Shown here one piece after another: positions 39,001 through 48,959 of a stretch of 56,475 bases of DNA. Origin of the DNA: Chromera velia (Eukaryota). How positions within the stretch are numbered: the first letter of the stretch is position 1; the number at the start of each line of letters is the position of its first letter. A model generated the notes under the pieces. That model saw nothing but the letters and a program-made list of their open reading frames with translations, searched no databases and was not told the DNA's origin. The stretch is from NCBI GenBank assembly GCA_018398765.1, contig JAHBMJ010000111.1:1-56475 (forward strand). The letters run 5' to 3'. A program made the translations under genes and the position numbers.

Positions 39001-41991
39001 AAGTAATTTGTTCGTCCCCCTCCTGCCTTCCCCAATCCCCAATTTCTTTCTGTCTTCACATTACCTTAATTATTTCTGTTGGGATCCTCCTTCTAACATA
39101 TCTCTCTTTCCCTTTCCTTGTTTGTTTGTTTGTTTCTTCCCTTTTTTCAGCTTGAGAAGGTAGCGCGAGGAAGGCACGGGTCCTGGGCGGAGGCACTGAG
39201 AAGGACCACGTCCCGGGACCCCAACGCGAAGCTGCCAATGCCTGTGCCGGGGTCCGCTCCAGGTGGTATTGCCGGGGCCCCCGAGGCCCCCCGAGTTCTG
39301 ACGTTCTCTGAATTCCGTCAGTTCGTCACAGGACTCGCAGATCCCCCCGGTAGCATTGCAGAACCCGAAATATTAAGGCTCTGGAGGGCAGGGGAGAAGG
39401 ACAGACAGGGCCGCCTCCTGTTGGACGAATTTGTCCAAAGAATGGAGAACGAACAAATGCGTTTCGGGACCGGGAGATACAGAGACCCCCGATCGCTTCC
39501 ACAATTCGGCCATGCGGGTCCAAATCTCCAAGCAGGTGCCCCCTTTGCACCTGCAGCGGCACAGCTGGACGTCGGGGGGCTCCCTGGTAGGCAGTGGGGG
39601 AATCCGACGCCTGGGTTGTTTGCCTCACCAGGCGGGGGCATGGGGGTGCCTGGTATGCCCATATCATCTGCACAGGCAACGCCCCGGGTTGATGCCCCGG
39701 TGTTGCAGGAGATTGAGAGACAGCGTGCACAGTCAAATGCAGTGAGGGGTGAGTGCCTCGAGGTTACATTAGAGGATCTTGTGTTGTACAAAATTTGGAG
39801 GGCAATTTCCTCAGGGGGGGCGGCGTCCTCCACAGCTGTTGCCTCGGCATTCGGTCAGATTAGTGGGGCGTCTGGGTCGATGGATTTTCAGGGTTTCTCT
39901 TCTGCCTCTGAGCGTTTGCGTCTTCGTCTGTCTGACACTGAGATCAAGGCAGTCTTCCGAGCAGTCGACTCGACCGAACAGGGCGTGTTGAGTGCGTCCG
40001 AGCTCGGGAAGACTTTGCAAGAAAAAGTACTCGACCGAAGTTTGCATGTCAGGCTGGAAACATGGGCAAGAGACACAGCCGCAGAAATTGCGCGTGTCTC
40101 ACGTTTTGCCACCGATTTACCTGATCGGCTTGCCCAGGGGGGGACTCTCGTGGATGCGTTGCGGTGGATTGACAGAGGCGCAGTTGGAAGAGTCTCTGAT
40201 CCCCAGCTGTGTGAAGCCATCCGACATATCGGGTGCAGCCTCAGCGAGAGGCAAATCCACCAACTAGCCTCGATGTGCGATCGAAGACCCGACGGCACCC
40301 TCGGTGTAGGTGATTTCCTCGCTTTTGTCGGTGCTTATGCGGAACAGCACGGAAAAGCCTTCAGTCAGAGCGGGGGGATGACCCTCGTGCTCCCAGAGTT
40401 TGCCGACGGCTCGTGGCTGGACCCCCTGACCTCGGGGAGTTTGCAGGGCACTGTCGCGTTCTTTGCAAACACTCTGACAGGTCCCGCGGCCACAAAACGG
40501 GAAATTGACAAAGCCTTTCAAGAGGCAGACCAGACCCGGAGCGGGTCAGTCTCCCCAAGTGCCTTCGCGTCCATCATTCGGGAGTATTGGCCGTCCGCAT
40601 CGAACTCGGACGTTGCACAACTTTCGCGTCTCGCACCCCCTGCGCAACAAACGGGAAGCTATGTATCCCACAGTTATGGTCCGTTCCTTTCCGCAATAAA
40701 GGAATACCTCTTGTCTCCCGACACCTGTGTATTCTTCCCACGACCCTTCGTCAGTGGGGGTGTTGTCAGAGACGATGTAGAGGAGAAACGACGAACGGCC
40801 ATTGCGTGTGGGGACATTCATCGGGCGATGGCACGGAGCCAATGTCGTCTGGAGGATGTGCTGCTGCGATGCGCAGAGACAGCCATCGAGCTTCCATGCG
40901 GGTGCCCGCTGTCAGTCAACCGTTTCTCCTTCATCGACGCACTCCGGAGACTCCCCCCCTCGTCAGACGAACAGTTGCCCAGAGAAGAGTCCATTGCCAG
41001 ACTTCTCTCCCTGGCACTCACTGATGATTCTCAACTTCTGAATGGCCCAGAGCTACTCGGAAGATTCCGAAAGCTGATGACAGAAGCCGTAGACGAACGT
41101 CCACCAGGTTCTGTGATCTCTGGTCTCCCCAGACCACCTCTCATTGCTTCTTCCGTCCCTCAAATCATGCAGCCCATTCCCCCACCCCACTCGACCCAGC
41201 CTGCTGCCGCAAACCCCAACTATCTTCTTCCCTCACCAGCCCTCGGTTTGGGGGCTCCGTCTCCGTCTCCCATGCACAGACTTGACGTTCCCCCCTCACC
41301 CCCTCTTGAGGGTCCATTCAGCGCTCCTCAGGCTGCCAGCAGCGGCCCATTAGCACCCGCCCCCTTCGCCAGTCCCCTCTTTGCAGCTGCGGGAGGGTAC
41401 GCAGACCCACTCTCGCCGTCGATGCATCAAATCGCCCAGTCGCCAGAGACGGCAGTGGAGCACAGACCGCCCCCCCCCCTTCCCGTAACAGTACAACAGC
41501 GACTTGCGGAGTCCCCCCTGTCACTTCAGCAGATGATGAACCTGCAACAGCGCCTGCAGGCAACAGACAGAGGGAGATCTGGTGTGGTCCCGTTCGACCG
41601 TCTCTGTGCCGAAATGGAGGCTGCCGGGATTTTCGTGCCAGTCCGAGAGATAGACCACTTGAAGACCTGGTGCATGAATGCAGGCACTCAGAGACGGAAC
41701 GATGGGTACGTCGAGTATGATCCTTTCATCGCGGCACTCGATGAGATTCGGGCGCGGTCTAGGGGAAGGGGGGGAGGTGCAGGCAGCGCGGTTNNNNNNN
41801 NNNNNNNNNNNNNNNNNNNNNNNNNNNNNNNNNNNNNNNNNNNNNNNNNNNNNNNNNNNNNNNNNNNNNNNNNNNNNNNNNNNNNNNNNNNNNNNNNNNN
41901 NNNNNNNNNNNNNNNNNNNNNNNNNNNGGCAGCCACGCCGAGGAGCGCCGGTCCGGAACCGTTTCCGGGCTACCAGAAGGTGGGTGGATGA
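18788..41991 (+). CDS. RPGRIP1L: Giant RPGRIP1L/MKS5-like protein (coiled coil + two C2 domains) fused to a long EF-hand array; ~34 exons, ~4,400 aa; 3' end uncertain
   Basis: In-phase exons 18788-19493, 19827-20368, 20770-21000, 21222-21469, 21766-21820, 22337-22501, 22805-22979, 23214-23286, 23518-24118, 24404-24635, 24834-25402, 25762-25902, 26209-26444, then ~21 EF-hand exons from 26730, the last starting 39151. C2-N: NSLDLYV..VSVEFFDFDVSTSQ|IGTGIEPFFD..VGACSLRLGDLL..VDYKLRLRNPL. C2-C: PYVSYE..LVVFDD..LGETRVFLHPL..GSVHVQ|IRW. EF loops such as DKNRSGSISARE, DTDGSGWLNRDE, DKDGSGMVSNEE, DRDGSGVLSMAE. The symbol applies to the N-terminal third only. Confidence 0.85.
41794..41927. other. Assembly gap (134 N)
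   Basis: Run of N inside the last large exon; frame across it cannot be verified. Confidence 1.
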
Positions 41992-42160
41992 TGGAGATCG
42001 AATCTCGGTATTTTGACACATAATGTGATGTTGAAAGCCCACATAGATGATGAATGGCAATACTCGCACATGACTGTCAAGAATTCACTTAAATCGTCCT
42101 TTGAATGCTGTTTCACTCTACTTTTATTCATGTGGCAGCTCTCCAAGTCATTCTTTTTTA

Positions 42161-42696
42161 TAGGGGTCTAGATACGGGGGGGGGGTGGCGTAGTATATAG
42201 AGACGTGCCTAGGGGCTACGCCTTAAGGGCGTTGTATATAAAGGCGTTTTGCCCTAAGGGCAACGCCCCTAGGATGTTGCATTATATGTAGAAGGTTTTA
42301 GCAAGCTATGCCTCTTTATTGACAAAAAAATGAATTGAACTCACAAAAGCTCACAAATAATGATATGGTGGTAGTCACTATACTAGTAGTCAGTTTACAT
42401 CAGTCTACACCATTCTACACCTTTTTTTCTAGAGCAGCAATCCTTTGAAATTAATCAGAGTTATAGAAGAAGGTCCTTACCGGCATGCAGGTCTGAATTA
42501 AACGGCTCTTAAAGGCTCTTAGGAAGGCTCATGTATAGAGTGGGAAAGCGCCCTCCTAATGCCTCACTACACCCCTATATGGGCATTGTATATAGCTATC
42601 GGCCGAAGGCCGACGCCCCCCTCCCGAGGCGCTATATATATGCAACGCCTACAACACCCCCTCATAGGGTGTTGTGATAGCAATTCTAGACCCCTA
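42161..42696. mobile_element. MITE / non-autonomous TIR DNA transposon (536 bp)
   Basis: TIR taggggtctaga (42161-42172) / tctagaccccta (42685-42696); flanking direct repeat ttctttttta at 42151-42160 and 42697-42706 (can also be read as 8-bp TSD with 13-bp TIR); palindromic subterminal sequence. Confidence 0.9.
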
Positions 42697-43491
42697 TTCT
42701 TTTTTAAAAGGTAGAAAAAAGTTTTAATTAATAAAAGATGTATTGTAATTCTTAATTTAGTTTTTAATTAACGTAGCCATTCAAGTTTAGGTGCTAGTAT
42801 GTGTACATTTTGTAAATCATGTGTTGCCAGTGACTTTTAATCTTTTACTTACTTTGTCCCTCCTGTCCAGTCACCTTATGGCGTCCAGACAGAAGGTAAC
42901 GCGAGGATAAGAACCCTAGGGAAAGTTTAGAGAAGGAATGTGAGCAACACTCAGTCAGACAACAGTTTATCTAGCAGTTTAGCTGAGTTTACAGAAGGTT
43001 TGGCTCTATATCAGTTAATGTTGTGTTCCGCCGCACTGAGTGGTTGCCCCGGCATGCACACTGTGGTACGCACAGGCACCGCGTGGTCCAGGGGCCCCGG
43101 TGAAAGCAAATTGTCCGACGGATCAATTATTCACTCTAATTCCCTTCAGTAGCAGATCGTAACGTTTGTGTTCTATTGAGCTCTAAGACTCTTGCTCGAC
43201 AGTCCCTAGACTCTATAACGGCCGATTCATCTTATGTCATTCACGCTAGCCATATTCTGCTGTACACTTCAGTTAAAGCTCTAATGTGATCTAGGATTCC
43301 AATCAGCTGGCCTATATACATGACTAGCTTCACAGAGTAATTTATAATTAAAGATAGACTTAAAGCGCTGGTAATGTAAAGTGATTCAGCTAAGCTATAC
43401 CACTAGGGCTACTAGCTAAGCACTCAAGCGAAAGGGTGCTGAGACCACCCAACCTGGTGTCAGCAGGCTGGTGAACTCCGTAAAAGGCTTC

Positions 43492-44823
43492 TCAAAGATG
43501 CTTCTCGGCCCCCTGCAGGTCACCCTGAGCCTGCAACAGACTTCCCAAATTATTGATTGAAGCGAGGGTGTCAGGATGTCTATCCCCCAACGTCTGACGC
43601 CTCACCTCAAGGGCCTCTCAAAGGAGCTTCTCTGCCCCCTTCAGGTCACCCTGATCGTTCAGCAGCATCCCCAAATGGTTGATTGATATGAGGGTGTGAG
43701 GATGTCTGTCCCCCAACGTCTGACGCCTCACCTCAAGGGCCTCTCGAAGGAGCTTCTCTGCCCCCTGCAGGTCACCCTGATCGTTCAGCAGCATCCCCAA
43801 ATGGTTGATTGATATGAGGGTGTGAGGATGTCTATCCCAAAACGTCTGACGCCTCACCTCAAGGGCCTCTCGAAGGAGCTTCTCTGCCCCTGCCAGGTCA
43901 CCCTGAGCCTTCAACAGCAACCCTAAATTATTGATTGAAGCGAGGGTGTGAGGATGTCTATCCCCCAACGTCTGACGCCTCACCTCAAGGGCCTCTCAAA
44001 GGAGCTTCTCTGCCCCCTGCAGGTCACCCTGATCGTTCAGCAGCATCCCCAAATGGTTGATTGATATGAGGGTGTGAGGATGTCTATCCCCCAACGTCTG
44101 ACGCCTCACCTCAAGGGCCTCTCGAAGGAGCTTCTCTGCCCCCTGCAGGTCACCCTGATCGTTCAGCAGCATCCCCAAATGGTTGATTGATATGAGGGTG
44201 TGAGGATGTCTATCCCCCAACGTCTGACGCCTCACCTCAAGGGCCTCTCGAAGGAGCTTCTCTGCCCCCTGCAGGTCACCCTGATCGTTCAGCAGCATCC
44301 CCAAATGGTTGATTGATATGAGGGTGTGAGGATGTCTATCCCCCAACGTCTGACGCCTCACCTCAAGGGCCTCTCGAAGGAGCTTCTCTGCCCCCTGCAG
44401 GTCACCCTGATCGTTCAGCAGCATCCCCAAATGGTTGATTGATATGAGGGTGTGAGGATGTCTATCCCCCAACGTCTGACGCCTCACCTCAAGGGCCTCT
44501 CGAAGGAGCTTCTCTGCCCCCTGCAGGTCACCCTGATCGTTCAGCAGCATCCCCAAATGGTTGATTGATATGAGGGTGTGAGGATGTCTATCCCCCAACG
44601 TCTGACGCCTCACCTCAAGGGCCTCTCGAAGGAGCTTCTCTGCCCCCTGCAGGTCACCCTGATCGTTCAGCAGCATCCCCAAATGGTTGATTGATATGAG
44701 GGTGTGAGGATGTCTATCCCCCAACGTCTGACGCCTCACCTCAAGGGCCTCTCGAAGGAGCTTCTCTGCCCCCTGCAGGTCACCCTGATCCTGCAACAGC
44801 AACCCCAAATTGTTGAGAAGGGT
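43492..44823 (-). repeat. Tandem array of 11 near-identical 126-bp units coding 42-aa TPRs
   Basis: Homologous Arg/stop codon recurs every 126 bp from 44752 to 43492; unit [42 protein letters not shown]. Confidence 0.97.
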
Positions 44824-46235
44824 TGACCCCTTCGGACCCTTCCGTTTCCTGTCTGTCAGCCCCTCAACTGCCCTCTGGCCCTGTTCTACCAACCACTTTC
44901 GCAAGGCATCGCACGCGGTCGCAGTCACAGTACCCAATCCCCCCTGCAACCCCTCCACCTTCCCAAGGATATACTCCCTGTCTTCTACCTTGCTGATTTG
45001 TGCTTCTTCCGCATTCAGCCCTGCAACCATACCCGCAATTTTATCAAAATTGTTCAGAAGAAGATCTGTGAAGCCCTTTGTGTCGGAAGGGCTGAGCACG
45101 ACGTGTAACTCGCACCCCTTTCCCAGCGCGGTGACAATTTCGAACATGCACCACGCCCGCGTCATTGCACCGGGGCCCGAACGGACCCAATCGGCCGGAG
45201 GCTCTCCCTTTGACGGGAGCAGAAACGGATGGTTGGGGGCTTTCCATTTTCCTCTCAGGGGGGAGCAGTACAAGAGAAGCTCGGAGACGGAGGCAAGGGC
45301 GTCGTCGAAAATTCTGTCTGTGTCCTCCTTGCGGGCGGCACACCCTTGAGGGTCGCTGGTCTTTGTGATTGAGGGGTCGCGGTACACTCCCGCCAATAAA
45401 TTCTGGGAAGCACAGAACATATCCACCCACAGATAACTTCTTCCCCTCTAGAGCAGCTATCTGATCAATTAGGGAGTCGAGCATGTCCCCCAACGATGTG
45501 CCCGTCCAGGAATATGAAAAGAAGCAGTTCGCCTTGCTCACAAGCGACTGCATCTCATGGACCTGTCTCCCCTGTTTCTCCCCCTCCAATATAAGGCTCT
45601 CTGACAGAGAGAGACCAGTAGACACCGTCAGCGCACACACACTTGCCTTAAAATCTGGGGCCTTGCACAAGTCCCCCATCACCCTCTCCAGCCCTTTGTG
45701 CCTAGAGAAGAACTCTCTGACTGCTCGGAGGAGCTCGAGGCTCAGGCCCCTGCCATCTGAGGTCACTCTCTCCGCATGCTTCTGAACGGGAAGGGGGACC
45801 TTCGTGCGGTTCCGAAGGAGGCTCTCCAGGAGATTCAACGCCAGAGAGTCAGGGGATACACCTGTAAGGAAGTGGGAGCAGGAAGGCACACAATTTGGGT
45901 ATATATTTCACAGTTTGCTGTCGGCGGCAGGCTCCTTTCGTTCACTCTTGCATGCATACGTTGCTCTGGTCTCGGAGGATTCTTAAGTAAGTAAGTATTG
46001 GCTCGAGAGGTCTCGCGGAAAACCGAGTAATAATATAATATCTGCTTCCAGAGACTAGCGGTACATGCATTACACCCTTTGTGCGGACAGTCTTCATTTG
46101 CTGGTAGGCAGCTACCGAGCTTCTATTGCGACTCTGAACTGGCCGTGCAATTGACCGACCTGTGGAACTCGCCGGAAGAACGACTGCTCCCTGAGCGCTG
46201 ACTGTTGCCCTCGAAGAGGAAGCTCCACAGCCCAT
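43492..46235 (-). pseudogene. N-acylated HET/TIR-like domain + kinesin-light-chain-type 42-aa TPR array; frameshift and in-frame stops
   Basis: Exon 46235-46160 (MGCGASS..), intron 46159-45862, exon from 45861. Motifs FFSYSW (~45506-45523), YLWVDMFCASQN (~45400-45440, different frame), TRAWCMFE (~45139-45162); 11 TPRs; TGA in place of CGA at 43996, 43618 and 43492. Confidence 0.8.
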
Positions 46236-46952
46236 CGCGAAGAGAGGGAGTTCTGTGTCTGTCTGGCTGTTCTACAGCTACTGGTACACTTCACAAGCTC
46301 TTCAGAAAAAACACAGCGAACCAGGAAGGCAAAGGTATTAATACATGTGCTCGAAAAGGTCAGAACACTGTTACGGTCACATCGAAGGTCAGGCAAAAAA
46401 ATGACACGTTTGTATATATGTATAGGCGGATATACTGACATTCATATCACTTTGAGGCCCCTGCCCATAGGAAATTAAAGAGCACAGAAGAAGAAGACAG
46501 GTCTGCAATCTTTCAGAGTTGCTGCTTCAATGTCTGCTGTTCAACGGACCACGTACGTTAGGAGATGCATATATAGCTCTGTAGGGCATGCGCATTAATT
46601 GCATGCATGCATGTTCGCGCATGAAGTGCATGCAGCGCGCGCGCATGACGAGCGATTCCATGCATGAGGGGCACTTACGAAAAAATGAATTTCACTCAGC
46701 TCTGACGTCTCCACGGTCTGCTGGTCGCGCCCGTTGTCATCTTGCTCATATGTTAATATATGATCTTAATTTGATCGAATGTTGCGTTTGTGTAGCGGGG
46801 AGCCGTGACACTACAATGTCGTAATGTTTCCTCCAGGCCTTTATCAGACTTGTCATAATTGAAACTCACTGCTGTTTGTCTCTCACATTCATGCTGTTCT
46901 CCGATTACCTTAGAGGACTGCACAAACGCTGATCGATCCGAGGGCGGTGCCG
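46236..46952. promoter_or_regulatory. Divergent intergenic region with a GCATGC/TGCATGCA cluster (ApiAP2-type motif)
   Basis: 46586-46646: gcatgcgcattaattgcatgcatgcatg..gtgcatgcagcgcgcgcgcatg; lies between divergent starts at 46235 and 46953. Confidence 0.55.
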
Positions 46953-48654
46953 ATGATGGCAAAGTCCGAAGAGAAGTTGCTGGAGAGAGAGAGCGCCCCG
47001 GCAGTGGAGGCGCCCTCAGTGCCCGTGGAGAAGGTCTCAGGGCAGGATGGTGAAAGGATTCCCCTAACTGTACAAACTTCGAAAAGAAAGGATTCCATTG
47101 ATTCGTGTGCAGAGACTCCTGAAGGGTCCGAATGGGCAACGGGGGCAATTATCATCATTTGGTGAGCCAACTTCAAGCCCTTGATGCTCTTGCCCGAAGA
47201 GTCAACTCTATAATGCTTGTTTTTTGTGGTGGATAGTACTCTTGGTCCTTTTCTCGCCTGGTTCCGTTTGAGTCTGTGTCTCTCTTTCGCCGTCTCTTGT
47301 CTCTGCAACTTATACCTTTTCTGCCATGTTTTTTCAACTCCTGAGATGCTTCCCTCTGCAAGCCTCCAAGTGCTTCCTGCTCTCTGTTAGAAAACAGCGC
47401 TGTCTCTATTCTTGTCTCTTTGCTGTACCCTCGTGGGTTTGGGGGGTCTTCTATCCGACGTTTGGGGGACGAGTCGATGTTTGCAGGTACATCCTTTGAC
47501 AGTTTAATGATGAATGAACGGGGCATGCGTGCAGGTACATCTTAAATGCTTGGTGGAATATTGACAACAAAGAGGTGTTGACCAAATGCGGCTTGCCATG
47601 GACAGTTGCGACCTTCCAGTTATTCGTTGGTTGGTTGTTCGTCTTCTGCCCTTTGTGGCTTCTCGGGTGGCGCCGGTTTCCAAGGGCCTCTCGGGGGGTT
47701 GTCCTTCGTAACCTGCTGCCCCAGGGGGTGTGTCACTTCCTGACTCACATAGGCGCGATGATTGCCTTACAGGCGGGGGCGGTGAGTTTTACGTACACCG
47801 TCAAGGCAGCTGAACCGGTGACAACGGCCATCTTGAGCGCTTTGTTTCTGAGTCAATTCTACAGCTGGCCCTCTGTCATTGCACTAATTCCGATAGTTGG
47901 AGGGGTTATTGGAGCGTCACTAGGCGCTCAGGGTGTAGATTCCTTGGGGTTTTCTTGGACCTCATTTCTTGGGGCATCAGCGTCCAACCTAGGGTCCTCA
48001 TCCCGCACAATTTACTTAAAACTCTTGAGGGAGGAAGTGCGACGACTGGTGAAGTCAATGTTCCTCCGATTGCCCTACACAGACCCTGAAGCGCCTGCTT
48101 CTCCCGCAACTCAGACGAATTCTGTGTCGGGGGGGGAGGCAGCACAGGCAGCAGCACTGGCGCTGGCAATCCCGCGTCGTTCGATCACGAATGAGATTCT
48201 GGAGACGATGCCTGCCTCAGAAGCTGCAGATATTATTCGTAGTTTCGCCCCTTCAAACGTGTTTGCGTGCGTCATTCTGGTGGCGTCCTTGCTGACATTT
48301 CCCGCTGCCGTGTTCTTCGAAGGAGCGCGAGCTCTTGATTTTTTTCGGCGTGTGGGAGGAGGGGAGGATTTGGAGGCCCCGATGGGTGGGGATCCTGTGT
48401 CTGCCCGTGGGGTGTTTGGGGTGCTGTGTCGGTCTGCGCTGACTTACTTTCTTTGGAATGAGCTTGCATATGCAATCATGAGAAGAACCAGTGCAGTGAC
48501 CTATTCAGTCGCGAATGTGGTGAAGCGAGTGGCCGTGATGTGCGCGGCGATTTTTGTATTGAATGAACCGTTGAACGCCACTACTGCTGCTGGCATGTTC
48601 ATCGTCATTCTTGGCACCGCTCTGTACACACATGCCCGAACGAAATTCGGGTGA
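46953..48654 (+). CDS. Triose-phosphate/phosphate translocator family protein (plastid pPT/APT-like), 2 exons
   Basis: Exons 46953-47161 and 47535-48654 give W|YILNAWWNIDNKEVL; PWTVATFQL, AVSFTYTVKAAEP, SAVTYSVANVVKRV, GTALY; about 10 hydrophobic segments. Confidence 0.92.
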
Positions 48655-48959
48655 CGGGTGAGTGCCTCCTTGGGCAGGGTGAGAGGGGGAATTGGAAGAG
48701 ATGGTCTTCCATTTGAGTGGGTGTTTTTCATGGGAATTATTGGTTCCTTCAAATAGGAAAAGAAGGGTAACATCCTCGCAATTAGAAATGGAAAGAGAGA
48801 GACGAGGAGAGAAGTGAGGCGAGAAGGAACCGTCTCCCCCCCCTGCTCCTTGCGTGTCAACAACTTGCGATTAAAGTGCGCCAAAGACTGGGTTTTCTGG
48901 TTTCTCCCGCTTGTCTTTTTACACTGGCTTGTTCCATTATTTGTTTGTGCCAACCGCAT

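Noticed and set aside
19964..41563. Antisense ORFs across the giant gene
   Set aside because: Shadows of GC-rich coding exons with no independent motifs.
43492..44823. 126-bp array as a CRISPR array or satellite
   Set aside because: No unique spacers; the unit is 42 codons encoding TPRs in frame.
43996..45426. True kinesin light chain
   Set aside because: No N-terminal heptad coiled coil; HET-like motifs and DNA-level repeat identity instead.
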